64,000 nucleotides of DNA from Parcubacteria group bacterium GW2011_GWC2_48_17 (GTDB taxonomy: Bacteria > Patescibacteriota > Minisyncoccia > Phycocordibacterales > UBA10002): the NCBI GenBank assembly GCA_001003605.1, contig LCPL01000001.1, positions 7,976-71,975 of the forward strand, written 5' to 3'. Made by a program: the position numbers and the translations under genes. Shown one piece after another: positions 47,896 through 57,911 of this stretch. The notes beneath the pieces are model-generated. The model was not told where the DNA came from. It did not search any database and saw only the letters and a list, made by a program, of their open reading frames with translations. Within the stretch, counting starts at the first letter, position 1. Every line of letters starts with the position of its first letter.

Positions 47896-49146
47896 ATGAG
47901 ACAATCACAGCTTTTTACAAAGACGAGAAAAGAAGTTCCATCCGATGAAATTGCAAAAAACGCCAAGCTTTTGATTCAAGCTGGCTATGTCCACAAAGAA
48001 ATGGCGGGCGTTTATTCCTTTTTGCCACTCGGATTGCGCGTAATGAATAAAATTATCGGCATCATACGAGAGGAGATGAACGCAGTTGGCGGGCAAGAGC
48101 TTCACTTAACGGCGCTCCAAGACCCGAATGTATGGCAGAAGTCTGGGCGTTGGAGCGACGAAGCAGTTGATAATTGGTTCAAGACCAAGGTGAAAGTAGG
48201 AGGGGAAGTCGGACTTGCCTTCACGCACGAGGAACCGCTCACCCGCATTATGAAAGACCATATTCGTTCCTATAAGGACCTTCCATTTTCCGCGTATCAG
48301 TTTCAGACGAAATTCAGAAACGAAACGCGCGCGAAGAGCGGCATTCTGCGAGGCAGGGAGTTTCTTATGAAGGATATGTACTCATTTTCGCGCCATGAGA
48401 AAGAGCACGAGGTATTTTACAAGAAGGCGATAGACGCATACAAAAAAATCTTCACGCGTTCTGGAATAGGTGAAGAAACCTATCTCACCTTTTCCTCCGG
48501 CGGAAGCTTTAGCAAATACTCGCACGAGTTTCAGACGCTAACTTTAGCCGGCGAGGACACGATCCATCTCTGCGAGAAGTGCTCGGTCGCAGTGAATGAG
48601 GAAATCATCAAAGACCAAAGCGCCTGTCCAGAATGCGGCAACAAAAAACTCGCGAAAAAGACAAGCGTGGAAATCGGGAATATCTTTACGCTCGGGACGC
48701 GATTCTCGGAGGTACTCGACCTCGCGTATCTTGATGAAAAAGGCGAAAAACAATTTGTATTTATGGGTAGCTATGGTATCGGTCCGGGGCGGATTATGGG
48801 TACGATTGTGGAGCTTCTTTCCGATGAAAAGGGGATTGTCTGGCCAGCCGCAATCGCGCCGTTTCAGGTACATCTTATCTCGATTATCGGCGCAAACGGA
48901 GAAGATGTACGAAAAGAAGGCGATGGCTTATACGAAAGGCTTATGAAGAAGGGAATTGACGTACTCTATGATGACCGCGATATCCGCCCCGGAGAAAAAT
49001 TCGCAGACTCCGACCTTATCGGCATCCCGACACGAGTGGTCATAAGCGAAAAGGCCATAAAAAGCGGAAGACTTGAGGTAAAAGGCCGCAAAACAGACAC
49101 TGTTCAAATGCTCTCCGAACCCGACTTTCTTAAAACACTCTCTTAA
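47896..49146 (+). CDS. proS: Prolyl-tRNA synthetase (short form lacking the insertion editing domain)
   Basis: N-terminal MRQSQLF.T.KE.P..........L..AGYV.K..AGVYSFLPLGLRV is ProRS-like. Class II motifs are present. The C-terminal anticodon-binding region is at YDDRDIRPGEKFADSDLIGIP. Confidence 0.7.
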   Translation: MRQSQLFTKTRKEVPSDEIAKNAKLLIQAGYVHKEMAGVYSFLPLGLRVMNKIIGIIREEMNAVGGQELHLTALQDPNVWQKSGRWSDEAVDNWFKTKVKVGGEVGLAFTHEEPLTRIMKDHIRSYKDLPFSAYQFQTKFRNETRAKSGILRGREFLMKDMYSFSRHEKEHEVFYKKAIDAYKKIFTRSGIGEETYLTFSSGGSFSKYSHEFQTLTLAGEDTIHLCEKCSVAVNEEIIKDQSACPECGNKKLAKKTSVEIGNIFTLGTRFSEVLDLAYLDEKGEKQFVFMGSYGIGPGRIMGTIVELLSDEKGIVWPAAIAPFQVHLISIIGANGEDVRKEGDGLYERLMKKGIDVLYDDRDIRPGEKFADSDLIGIPTRVVISEKAIKSGRLEVKGRKTDTVQMLSEPDFLKTLS

Positions 49147-49199
49147 CATTCAAAATCCTTCTTCTGTTTTTAGCAAACACTCACGGCCGTGAGTGTTTG

Positions 49200-49823
49200 C
49201 TAAAATTGGTCCAGTTTAAAGATATACTTCCAGTGCTCCTCATTATCGATATGTTCCGCAATGATGAGCCGCACATACTTCCTGATATCAAGCGCTTCAA
49301 CGATAAAATCAATTTCATTCCCGCATTCAAATGGATAGATTCCCGCGGAGTGTTGAAGTTTGCGGAATCCGAGCCTTTTCAGGTGATCTCGGAAAGCATC
49401 CCGAACCACACGCTCGTCCTCCGGGATGTCATACAAAACAATCCACCATTTTTTGCTCCAGATACCTGAATGTTTGATCTTCATATGGTACATTCGGTAG
49501 GTGAGGGAGCGTTTTTTTCCGTTTTCACTGAGTACAAGCGTGTGAGTCCCATCAGCATTCTCTTTTGCCTCGACTAGCCGAGACTCATAGAGTGCATCAA
49601 TAGCACGTTCCGCCGCCTGCCGCTTGATATCGTGCCAGTCCCCATACATATCTTTGATAATCTTCCACTGCTGTCCCGGCGAACGCGAACAGCTAAGAGC
49701 TACTCCTCCGGCGAGCAGCAGTAAGATCTTTCGCTGTACTCCTCCGAGACCCCTTTTTTGCTTTCGCAACCGTATTTTCCGATTTCTTTCCGTGGTATCC
49801 ATGCAGTCAATTTTAGCAAACAC
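49200..49823 (-). CDS. Hypothetical protein. C-terminal segment WWIVLYDIPEDERVVRDAFRDHLKRLGFRKLQHSAGIYP is Cas2/VapD-like (tentative). Flanked on both sides by TAGCA..CACGGCCGTGAG..TGCTA palindromes.
   Basis: The pattern (V.YD.......R.+....L...G.R.Q.S...) resembles Cas2-type small nucleases. The N-terminal half is not recognised. Confidence 0.3.
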   Translation of the reverse strand: MFAKIDCMDTTERNRKIRLRKQKRGLGGVQRKILLLLAGGVALSCSRSPGQQWKIIKDMYGDWHDIKRQAAERAIDALYESRLVEAKENADGTHTLVLSENGKKRSLTYRMYHMKIKHSGIWSKKWWIVLYDIPEDERVVRDAFRDHLKRLGFRKLQHSAGIYPFECGNEIDFIVEALDIRKYVRLIIAEHIDNEEHWKYIFKLDQF

Positions 49824-49939
49824 TCACTGCCGTGAGCAAATGCTAAAAAAGTGAAAGATAGTTCTTGAATACGAACATACTACTTACATTCAGAGTAGCT
49901 TTGCGTTTGGCTGTATTCGTATATAATGCGTAAACCAAC

Positions 49940-51004
49940 ATGCTCAAAAAATATTGGGAAAAAATTAGTGGATATCTTTCCAACGACATCGGCATTGACC
50001 TTGGCACCGCTAATACCCTTGTGTATATGCGCGGGCAAGGCATCGTCATCAATGAGCCGTCGGTGGTCGCGGTAAACCAGAAGACAGGACAGGTTGTAGC
50101 TGTTGGTTCGCAGGCAAGAGAAATGCTTGGTCGCACCCCGGCTCATATCGTAGCGGTGAAGCCCCTCGTTGGCGGAGTCATTTCTGATTTTGAGGTAACG
50201 GAAGAAATGCTCGCGTACCTTATAAGGCGCGCGGAGACTAACTCGCGAAAAATACTAGGCCCGCGCGTTGTCGTCGGAGTTCCATCGGGTGTCACGAATG
50301 TGGAAACGCGCGCCGTCCGCGACGCGACCAAGAACAATGGAGCCAGCCAAGTTTTCATCGTTGAAGAGCCAATGGCCGCCGCCATTGGCATACGGCTCCC
50401 GGTGAATGACCCCATAGGGAATATGATAGTGGACATAGGGGGCGGAACGTCCGATATAGCAGTTATCTCTCTTGGAGGAATTGTTCGCTCAAAAAGCCTC
50501 AAAATTGCCGGCGACAAATTCAACCAGGACATCATTTCGTTCATCCGAAGCGAATTTAAAATGCTAATCGGAGAAAAGACCTCGGAAAACCTGAAGATAG
50601 CTATCGGTTCCGCATTGCCGCTTCCTGCGCCGCTTGAAGCAGCCATCAGAGGACGCGACCTTATAACCGGTCTTCCGCGCGAAATCGTAATAACAGATAC
50701 GGACGTGCGCGAAGCAATCGCGCCTTCAATCGACCATCTCATTGAAGCGGTAAAAGAAGTCCTTGAAACAACTCCCCCAGAGATAGTATCCGATGTTATT
50801 GGAAGGGGACTTTATCTTGTGGGGGGAGGAGGCCTAATAAAGGGACTTGCAGAACTTCTCGCGGAAAATCTTAAAATCCCGGTACACTGCGCCGATGATC
50901 CCATGACCGCGGTAGCGCGCGGCGCCGGCATTATTCTTGAAGACTTTGAGCGTTACAAGGACGTACTTATTGAAAGCGAAGATGAATTACCGCTTCATTC
51001 GTAG
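49940..51004 (+). CDS. mreB: MreB, copy 2 (followed by mreC/mreD/PBP2)
   Basis: IGIDLGTANTLVYMRGQGIVINEPSVVAV, DIGGGTSDIAVISLGGIV, LYLVGGGGLIKGL. Confidence 0.8.
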   Translation: MLKKYWEKISGYLSNDIGIDLGTANTLVYMRGQGIVINEPSVVAVNQKTGQVVAVGSQAREMLGRTPAHIVAVKPLVGGVISDFEVTEEMLAYLIRRAETNSRKILGPRVVVGVPSGVTNVETRAVRDATKNNGASQVFIVEEPMAAAIGIRLPVNDPIGNMIVDIGGGTSDIAVISLGGIVRSKSLKIAGDKFNQDIISFIRSEFKMLIGEKTSENLKIAIGSALPLPAPLEAAIRGRDLITGLPREIVITDTDVREAIAPSIDHLIEAVKEVLETTPPEIVSDVIGRGLYLVGGGGLIKGLAELLAENLKIPVHCADDPMTAVARGAGIILEDFERYKDVLIESEDELPLHS

Positions 51005-51794
51005 CATCAAAACAAAAGGACTGTCGTCGGAGTTTTGGCTCCCACTTTGTTTTTTCGTGGCGATAATTCTTTTTCATTTCGCTTACCCGACGGCGCTTGG
51101 AAACCTTGCGTCGCGCGCAGCGTCGCCTATCTGGAGCGGAAAGCAATTTTTGAGCGATAAGCTCAATGAGCTATTTTTCTTTTTTTCTTCAAAGAAAGAA
51201 TTGACAGACGATGTGAATCGGCTTTCGTCGGAGTTAGAGCGCGCAAAGACCCTTCTTCTTGATAGGGAACTATTACTTTCGGAAAACAGAATCATTAAAG
51301 AACAGTTCGGACGAGCTAAAGAGCAAAAAGGACGTCTAATCGGAGCGATTTTGAAGACGCCTCCGAAATCACTTTATGACACTGCTGTTATAGACATAGG
51401 ATTGGAAGATGGCGTGCGAATTGGCGACCTCGCTCTTTCAGGGTCCGTGGTTTTAGGCGTTGTCGGCAAAGTATTCGCGCACACATCACTGGTCGAATTC
51501 TTTTCAACTTCAGGGAAGAAAACCGCAGTAGTGATACTCCACGATGATAAAGCTATTCCCGTAGAGGCAGAGGGAAGAGGCGGCGGGGAGTTTCGCGCGA
51601 CTCTGCCCAAAGAAGTCTCTATCATAGTCGGCGATAGTGTTGTGATGCCAGGTTTGAGTTTGCTCCTGTTCGCCACTATTGAAGCTATCGATGGGAGTGA
51701 TACAGACTCTTTTCAGACGGTTCGCTTCAAGAATCCAGTTTCGATAGAGCTGCTACGAATTTTGGAAATCCAAAACACAACGCCCCAAGAGTGA
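50982..51794 (+). CDS. mreC: Rod-shape-determining protein MreC
   Basis: N-terminal TM, coiled-coil (LSSELERAKTLLLDRELLLSENRIIKEQ), then a beta-rich domain (AVIDIGLEDGVRIGDLALSG.VLGVVGKV). Sits between mreB and the mreD/PBP2 genes. Confidence 0.65.
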   Translation: MNYRFIRSIKTKGLSSEFWLPLCFFVAIILFHFAYPTALGNLASRAASPIWSGKQFLSDKLNELFFFFSSKKELTDDVNRLSSELERAKTLLLDRELLLSENRIIKEQFGRAKEQKGRLIGAILKTPPKSLYDTAVIDIGLEDGVRIGDLALSGSVVLGVVGKVFAHTSLVEFFSTSGKKTAVVILHDDKAIPVEAEGRGGGEFRATLPKEVSIIVGDSVVMPGLSLLLFATIEAIDGSDTDSFQTVRFKNPVSIELLRILEIQNTTPQE

Positions 51795-51995
51795 TTTTAG
51801 AACTCATCCCAAAACCTACCATGGTGTTATTGATTGAAGCCATTTCGCATCGTCGTTTCGCAAAATCCGGTAAAAAACGGCTTATCCTCGGTCGCCTGCC
51901 TGCCGGTCAGGCAGGGAGTACCTCGGTACACCTCCCTCGTCTGCTCCGTTTTTTCCTCGGATTTTGCGAAACTTTGGATTGCGATAGGTTTTTGG

Positions 51996-52283
51996 ATGAG
52001 TTCTATGAGAATTAAAACTAAACTGATAATTTTGAGGGCCATTGCTGATTTTCTGCTTATCACCGCGGCGTTTCTTCTTCCTTGGTGGGTTGTTCTTTTG
52101 TGCGCAGCCGCGCTTTTCTTTGTGTTTGAACGTTTTTTCGAGCTTTTTCTAGTTGCTTTTTTGATGGACCTTCTTTTTGCCGTCCCGCTTCCGCGTTTCG
52201 GCAGATTCGAGTTTGTGCTCTCGTTCGGATCGGTGTTCCTGTATCTAATCCTCAACGCCATCAAAAAGAAGATGCGAATATAA
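51996..52283 (+). CDS. Putative MreD-like small membrane protein (start uncertain)
   Basis: Position is between mreC and PBP2. Three hydrophobic helices (ILRAIADFLLITAAFLLPWWVVLLCAAALFFVF...). Confidence 0.35.
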   Translation: MSSMRIKTKLIILRAIADFLLITAAFLLPWWVVLLCAAALFFVFERFFELFLVAFLMDLLFAVPLPRFGRFEFVLSFGSVFLYLILNAIKKKMRI

Positions 52284-52414
52284 ACTTATCAAGTTTCAAT
52301 CAAATCTTTAATTTTTTTTAATCTTCAAATTTCTGGCATTGATTGAAAATTGCCTGCCCGCCGAAGGCTCGGCGTAGGCGGGTAAATTGATAATTGAAAA
52401 TTTAAAACATCCAT

Positions 52415-54133
52415 ATGCTACAAAGATTTCTTAAATTGTTTAGTTCACGTAGAGTCGCTCTGCATGGGAAGAAGGAAATCAATCCTGATGAGATATTTCT
52501 TGATTCTAGCAATCTGCCGCAGTTTGACAGGCACCAATTCGAGGGCCGCCTTGAGCGTCCTATAGCTCGCCGCACCATTTTCATTTTAGGTGGCGTATTT
52601 TGCTTGGCAATGCTTCTGGTTCTCTCAAAGACCTTTTCACTTCAAATAATGGAAGGAGACCGGTACGCAAATCAAAGCGCGCAAAATCGCCTGCGCCACA
52701 GCCTGATTTTTGGCTCGCGCGGCGTGTTCTATGACAGGAACGGAACATTACTCGCATGGAATGTCATTGATGACGCTAAACCTGAATTTTCGAAGCGCAA
52801 ATATCTGGAGCAAAATGGACTGTCGCACGTCGTAGGATTTATAAAATATCCTTCAAAGGATAAAGCAGGGTTCTATTATAAAGTTGATTTTGAAGGACTT
52901 GATGGAGCGGAAAAGTATTACAACGAATATGTCGCGCCGCAACATGGAATCAGAATCGTTGAAACAGACGCTCATGGGAATATTCAGTCGGAGAGCGTGT
53001 TAAAGCCGCCAAAAGATGGAGCAAACATTACTCTAACTATCGACGCGCGCCTTCAGAGTAAGCTTCACGAGTTAATGGAAGGTCTAGCGAAGGAACGCGG
53101 TTTCAACGGAGGCGCCGCAGTCATAATGGATGTTCAAAACGGCGAGCTTCTCACCATGGTGAGCTTTCCAGAGTACGATTCACAAGTTCTTACCGATGGT
53201 AGCGATGAAGACGCCATAAAAAAGACGCTTGCTGACCCAAAGACTCCATTCCTCAATCGAGCTACAAGCGGACTATACGCGCCAGGCTCTATCGTTAAGC
53301 CGTTCATAGCACTTGCTGCGTTGGAAGAGGGAATAATAACGCCAGAGAAGGAGATAGTAAGCACAGGCAAGATATCAGTTCCGAACCCATTCGACCCGAG
53401 CAAGCCGAGTGTTTTTAAAGATTGGAAAGCGCACGGCGCTGTTGATATGCGCAAAGCATTGGCAGTTTCATCCGACATATATTTCTACGAAATAGGCGGG
53501 GGGTTCGAAGAACAAAAAGGACTTGGTATCGGGAGCATCGAAAAGTATATGCGTCTATTCGGCTTCGGCGAGGAGCCAGGAGGAAACGATTTCTTTGGTG
53601 AAGCCGGAGTCATCCCAAATCCCAAGTGGAAACGCGCGAATTTTAACGGTGAAGCGTGGAATCTTGGCAATACCTACCATACGTCGATTGGGCAATATGG
53701 ATTTCAGGTAACTCCCTTGCAGGTGGCGCGCGGAGTTGCCGCGATTGCGAATGGCGGAAAGCTTTTAGAACCTCGGCTTGTAGAGGAAAAAGAAATTCCG
53801 CCGTCATATGCGGTGATTCCTATCAAAACTTCCTCTTTCGGGGTTGTGAAAGAAGGTATGCTTGGCGCCGTAACTTTAGGTGGCACGGCAAGTGGACTTT
53901 CCATTCCCAACATAAGCGTTGCCGGAAAGACTGGAACAGCGGAGCTAGGAACCTTAAAAAAACTAGTCAACTCATGGGTAGTGGGATTCTTTCCATATGA
54001 AAAACCTGCGTTTGCGTTTGCAATCATAATGGAAAAAGGCCCGCGTGATAACACCATAGGCGCGACTTTTGTGGCTAGGCAGCTATTCGAGTGGATGAGC
54101 GTGTATACGCCGGAATACCTGCGGAGTCAGTAA
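52415..54133 (+). CDS. mrdA: Penicillin-binding protein 2 (elongasome transpeptidase)
   Basis: SxxK (GSIVKPF), SxD/N (VSSDIYF), KTGTA. N-terminal TM. Lies in the mreBCD block. Confidence 0.75.
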   Translation: MLQRFLKLFSSRRVALHGKKEINPDEIFLDSSNLPQFDRHQFEGRLERPIARRTIFILGGVFCLAMLLVLSKTFSLQIMEGDRYANQSAQNRLRHSLIFGSRGVFYDRNGTLLAWNVIDDAKPEFSKRKYLEQNGLSHVVGFIKYPSKDKAGFYYKVDFEGLDGAEKYYNEYVAPQHGIRIVETDAHGNIQSESVLKPPKDGANITLTIDARLQSKLHELMEGLAKERGFNGGAAVIMDVQNGELLTMVSFPEYDSQVLTDGSDEDAIKKTLADPKTPFLNRATSGLYAPGSIVKPFIALAALEEGIITPEKEIVSTGKISVPNPFDPSKPSVFKDWKAHGAVDMRKALAVSSDIYFYEIGGGFEEQKGLGIGSIEKYMRLFGFGEEPGGNDFFGEAGVIPNPKWKRANFNGEAWNLGNTYHTSIGQYGFQVTPLQVARGVAAIANGGKLLEPRLVEEKEIPPSYAVIPIKTSSFGVVKEGMLGAVTLGGTASGLSIPNISVAGKTGTAELGTLKKLVNSWVVGFFPYEKPAFAFAIIMEKGPRDNTIGATFVARQLFEWMSVYTPEYLRSQ

Positions 54134-54281
54134 GTAGCAAGTAGAAAGTAGCAAGTAGCAAGCAGGCAGTATCGAATTTTCTTTTTCTACCTTCTACCCT
54201 CTACTGTCTACCTTCTGCTTGTGCGTTGACTTACTCTCAAAAACCCGCTACAATCTTGAGGTTTAGCAAATCTAACGAATA

Positions 54282-54755
54282 GTGAACATGCCAGATACAC
54301 ACGAATATCTTACCAAGGAGAAGTTTGAGGAGCTTGTCAACGAATTGGACTATCTCAAGACAGATGGCAGGAAAAAAGTGGCTGAAAGTCTTGAATACGC
54401 AAAATCACTTGGCGATCTTTCGGAGAACGCCGAGTATCAAGAGGCGCGTGAGACTCAGGCGAATATAGAAGACCGCATCTTGAAGCTGGAAGTGATGCTT
54501 AAATCTGCCGTAATCATGAAAATGCATCACACGGAAGCGGTTGATATAGGCTCGACAGTTTCTCTCGCGCCAGAAGGCTTAAAGGATAAAGTGACCTACA
54601 AAATCGTAGGTTCGGAGGAGGCCAATCTTGAGCAAAAAAAGCTTTCTATCAATTCACCGCTTGGACGCGCGCTTCTTGGCAAGAAGAAAGGCGATAGTCT
54701 TATGGTAAAGACGCCTGGAGGCAATGTTATGTATATGGTAGTTCATATTGAATAG
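54282..54755 (+). CDS. greA: Transcription elongation factor GreA
   Basis: YLTKEKFEELVNELDYLKT..R..VAESLEYAKSLGDLSENAEYQEARE... matches GreA end to end. 157 aa. Confidence 0.85.
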   Translation: MNMPDTHEYLTKEKFEELVNELDYLKTDGRKKVAESLEYAKSLGDLSENAEYQEARETQANIEDRILKLEVMLKSAVIMKMHHTEAVDIGSTVSLAPEGLKDKVTYKIVGSEEANLEQKKLSINSPLGRALLGKKKGDSLMVKTPGGNVMYMVVHIE

Positions 54756-54774
54756 CACCAACTTCCGATTACTT

Positions 54775-54915
54775 ATCTTAAACTTCACAAAGCACAGTAC
54801 ACAAAGTCCAAACAGACTACACAAATCTCCAAAACACAAACTGAGCCGGTTTGATTTTTTGAAACACTGTGTTTTGTTTGGGTTTTTGGACATTGTGCCT
54901 TGGGTTTTGTCAGAA
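54775..54915. repeat. Second copy of the long CA-rich/TG-rich palindromic element (see 31421-31562)
   Basis: cacaaagcacagtacacaaagtccaaacag...ccggtttgattttttgaaacactgtgttttgtttggg.... The copy-1 arms match the copy-2 arms. Confidence 0.5.
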
Positions 54916-54993
54916 AGTAAGTGAACTACCTGCCCGTCGAGACGAGTTCATCGCAGGAAGGGAAATTAGACAATTAGATGAATTGAATTCCTC

Positions 54994-56463
54994 ATGTCAT
55001 CACTCCAAGAAATCAGAGAAAATCGCCTTAAGAAGCTGAAATTGCTTCAAGACAAAGGAATAAATCCTTATCCTGTTTCGACGCGCCTAGACGCCACGCT
55101 TAAAGCGGCAACCAAAGACTTTGCGAAGCTCTCAAAGAAAAAGGAGATTTCAATTGCTGGTCGCGTCATGGCGCTTCGAGGGCAGGGCGGTCTCGTGTTT
55201 GCGGACCTTTTTGATGGTACAAGTAAATTTCAGGTGTTGCTAAAGAGAGATGAATTATCCAGCGATTTATTCAACCTTTGGAGCGATACTGTAGACATAG
55301 GAGATGTTGTGGAACTTTGCGGCAAGCTCTTTCTCACGAAACGCAGTGAGAAAACTCTTCAGGTCAAGAATTGGCGTATGCTCGCAAAGTCTCTACGCTC
55401 ACTGCCTGAAAAATGGCATGGCCTTACCGATACCGAGGAACGATTCCGCAAACGCTATCTTGATCTTTTGATGAATGAGGAAGTGCGGAATCGATTCGAG
55501 CTTCGTTCGCGCATTGTAAGCGCCCTGCGCAGGATTCTTGATGCGGAGGGGTTTCTGGAAGTTGAGACGTCAATCCTGCAGGAACTTGCGGGAGGCGCGA
55601 ACGCCGAGCCGTTTAAGACACACCACAACGCGCTTGATATTGATTTATACCTCCGTATCGCGCCGGAGCTTGACCTCAAAAAGCTTCTTATCGGCGGTTT
55701 TCCGAAGGTGTACGAGATAGGGCGCAGCTTCCGGAATGAGGGAATTGACGTAACGCACAATCCGGAATTTACGACCGTGGAATGGTACGAAGCATACAGC
55801 GATAGCGCGAAACAACAAATCTTTGTGGAACAAGTGCTTAAGAGCATTGTAGAGAACGTGCACGGCAAGACGCCTGTTCTCTTTGACGCGCACGAGCTTG
55901 ATTTCGGAAAGTCGTTTGCCAAAGCGACGTACTTTGAACTCCTGCAGCGTTACGCCCTCATTCCGCATCCAGAGAAAGCGACGCGAGAAAAACTGGCGCT
56001 TCACGCCGCCCAGCTTGGGGTAAAGGTTGACTCGGGCGACACCTCGGAAAAAATCATGGATAGCATTTACAAAAAGGCAATTCGGCCCAAACTTATTCAG
56101 CCAACAATCATCACGGAATATCCGAAAAATTATATTCCGCTCGCCAAGAAGAAAGAGGGAAGCGAGACAATGGTAGACGCATTCCAGGTTGTTGTCGGCG
56201 GATATGAAATTGTTAAGGCGTTTTCAGAACTCAATGACCCGATTGACCAGCGCGAGAGATTCGGCGTTCAAGAAAAAAATAAAAATGCAGGCGATAGAGA
56301 AGCCCAACCAAGCGATGAAGCATTTCTTGAAGCATTGGAGTACGGTATGCCGCCGGCAGGAGGACTCGCGATATCAATAGACCGCCTGACGATGCTTCTC
56401 TCAAACACAAAAAACATCCGTGAGGTCATATTCTTTCCGACGCTCCGGCCGAGGAATGAATAA
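54994..56463 (+). CDS. lysS: Lysyl-tRNA synthetase, class II
   Basis: OB-fold N-domain. Motif 2 FRNEGIDVTHNPEFTTVEWYEAY. Motif 3 region GGLAISIDRLTMLL. Confidence 0.85.
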   Translation: MSSLQEIRENRLKKLKLLQDKGINPYPVSTRLDATLKAATKDFAKLSKKKEISIAGRVMALRGQGGLVFADLFDGTSKFQVLLKRDELSSDLFNLWSDTVDIGDVVELCGKLFLTKRSEKTLQVKNWRMLAKSLRSLPEKWHGLTDTEERFRKRYLDLLMNEEVRNRFELRSRIVSALRRILDAEGFLEVETSILQELAGGANAEPFKTHHNALDIDLYLRIAPELDLKKLLIGGFPKVYEIGRSFRNEGIDVTHNPEFTTVEWYEAYSDSAKQQIFVEQVLKSIVENVHGKTPVLFDAHELDFGKSFAKATYFELLQRYALIPHPEKATREKLALHAAQLGVKVDSGDTSEKIMDSIYKKAIRPKLIQPTIITEYPKNYIPLAKKKEGSETMVDAFQVVVGGYEIVKAFSELNDPIDQRERFGVQEKNKNAGDREAQPSDEAFLEALEYGMPPAGGLAISIDRLTMLLSNTKNIREVIFFPTLRPRNE

Positions 56464-56602
56464 GGAATAGTAAATTGAACAGCGGCACCACAGGGCGTTA
56501 GACCCTGCGGGTCGCCCCGACTTCCCTGCGCGGGAGCGCATGGTGTCCTCATTCGCATGCGCCATTCGTTAAGCGTATCTACTATGAATTAGGAATTAAG
56601 GA

Positions 56603-56636
56603 AAAACAGCGGCGCGCGCGAGCGCGCCGCTGTTTG
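56603..56636 (+). terminator. Intrinsic terminator downstream of lysS
   Basis: aaaaa cagcggcgcgc gcga gcgcgccgctg tttg. Confidence 0.55.
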
Positions 56637-56751
56637 CCCATGCGTAAAGTTGACAATTTTAACGTCATGAATAGTATTGCTTCGGGGCGCGAGAATACCG
56701 TTTCTTCGCGCATACAAATGGTACAGCGAAAACTCAATATTCGGAGCTCTA

Positions 56752-57588
56752 ATGAAATTCTCAATTCTCACGCACGTTGTTGGACCGGTTGTTTCTGTTA
56801 TCGTAGCGGCCATCTTCTGGAAGAGCATGTCGGAAAAAGAAAATGGTGACGAAAAACTCTTGTGGCTGAATCTGAACACCCTCGCATTCGCCACAGGTAT
56901 GTATGCTTGTTTCTTCTTCTTCTATCAATTCTTCGACTTTTGGCTGTTCTCTGCGAACGCCTACAACATCAAGGATGAATGGACGCTTCCAGCTTTTTTT
57001 GGCATTTTCGCAGGACTTGTCATTTGTATTATGATCTCCGCGAGTAGGTTTATCGAAGGCGGAAGCCGCGAACGGCTTTCGATTTTCGAGTTCCGAAACG
57101 GTAGATCTGTATACCCAATAACTCTCCCAGTGTTTTTCGCCTCGATGATTGCCGCCATCGGTTTCTACGCCGGGCCACTTAGCCACTTCAAGGTCAGGGA
57201 TGGCTATCTCGCTCTTCGCGGAAATAACCTGACCTATGCTGGAGAGCGTGTTCGAGCAAATCACTTTCTTGGCGACCAGAAGGTGAAAATCATTCCGATT
57301 CACAAATCAGCACGAATCGACGGGCTTCGATATCGTCTTGGAAATAGCAAAGAGCTTGCGGCGATAGCCTTTGTTGATGTTTATCTTGATGTTGTGTCGG
57401 CAAAACACCGCGGGGTGAAGTTCTTTAATCCAAGGGCAATAGATACAGAAGTTAAAGCCAAGGTAGCGCAGGCGGTATTGGAACATCCAAGTAGTCTCGC
57501 TACTGTGGCGCCACAGGAGATTTCTCTTTCTGGCTTCCCAGCGTCGTGGCGGGTGACTAAGCTTGAGATTTTCTTCAATCCCATGTAG
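56752..57588 (+). CDS. Hypothetical membrane protein
   Basis: Start moved to Met 56752 (MKFSILTHVVGPVVSVIVAAIF...). At least four hydrophobic helices. Confidence 0.4.
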   Translation: MKFSILTHVVGPVVSVIVAAIFWKSMSEKENGDEKLLWLNLNTLAFATGMYACFFFFYQFFDFWLFSANAYNIKDEWTLPAFFGIFAGLVICIMISASRFIEGGSRERLSIFEFRNGRSVYPITLPVFFASMIAAIGFYAGPLSHFKVRDGYLALRGNNLTYAGERVRANHFLGDQKVKIIPIHKSARIDGLRYRLGNSKELAAIAFVDVYLDVVSAKHRGVKFFNPRAIDTEVKAKVAQAVLEHPSSLATVAPQEISLSGFPASWRVTKLEIFFNPM

Positions 57589-57911
57589 TGGGCAGTTTGA
57601 ATTCCCGCGCACCGTGGTTTCGAACAGCGTTCTGGGTACAGGCGCTGCTTTTTGTTATGCACAGGTTATCCACACGAAAATGCTATGCAGTGGGCGGAAG
57701 TGTTATAGAATATGAAACAAGTGGGATTTGGTGGGAAACATAGGAAATCCTTAACAAAAAAGAATGAAAATTGAAAAACTAATCTACAAGGTTTTTTATA
57801 AAGGAAAAAAGTTCGCACTGCCAATAACAGTCAGCGTGAATGTGTTATTGCGTGAAAAAGTCCGTGTTCATTCTTCAAGAATCCTAAATCCTAAATCCTA
57901 AATCCTTCTCC

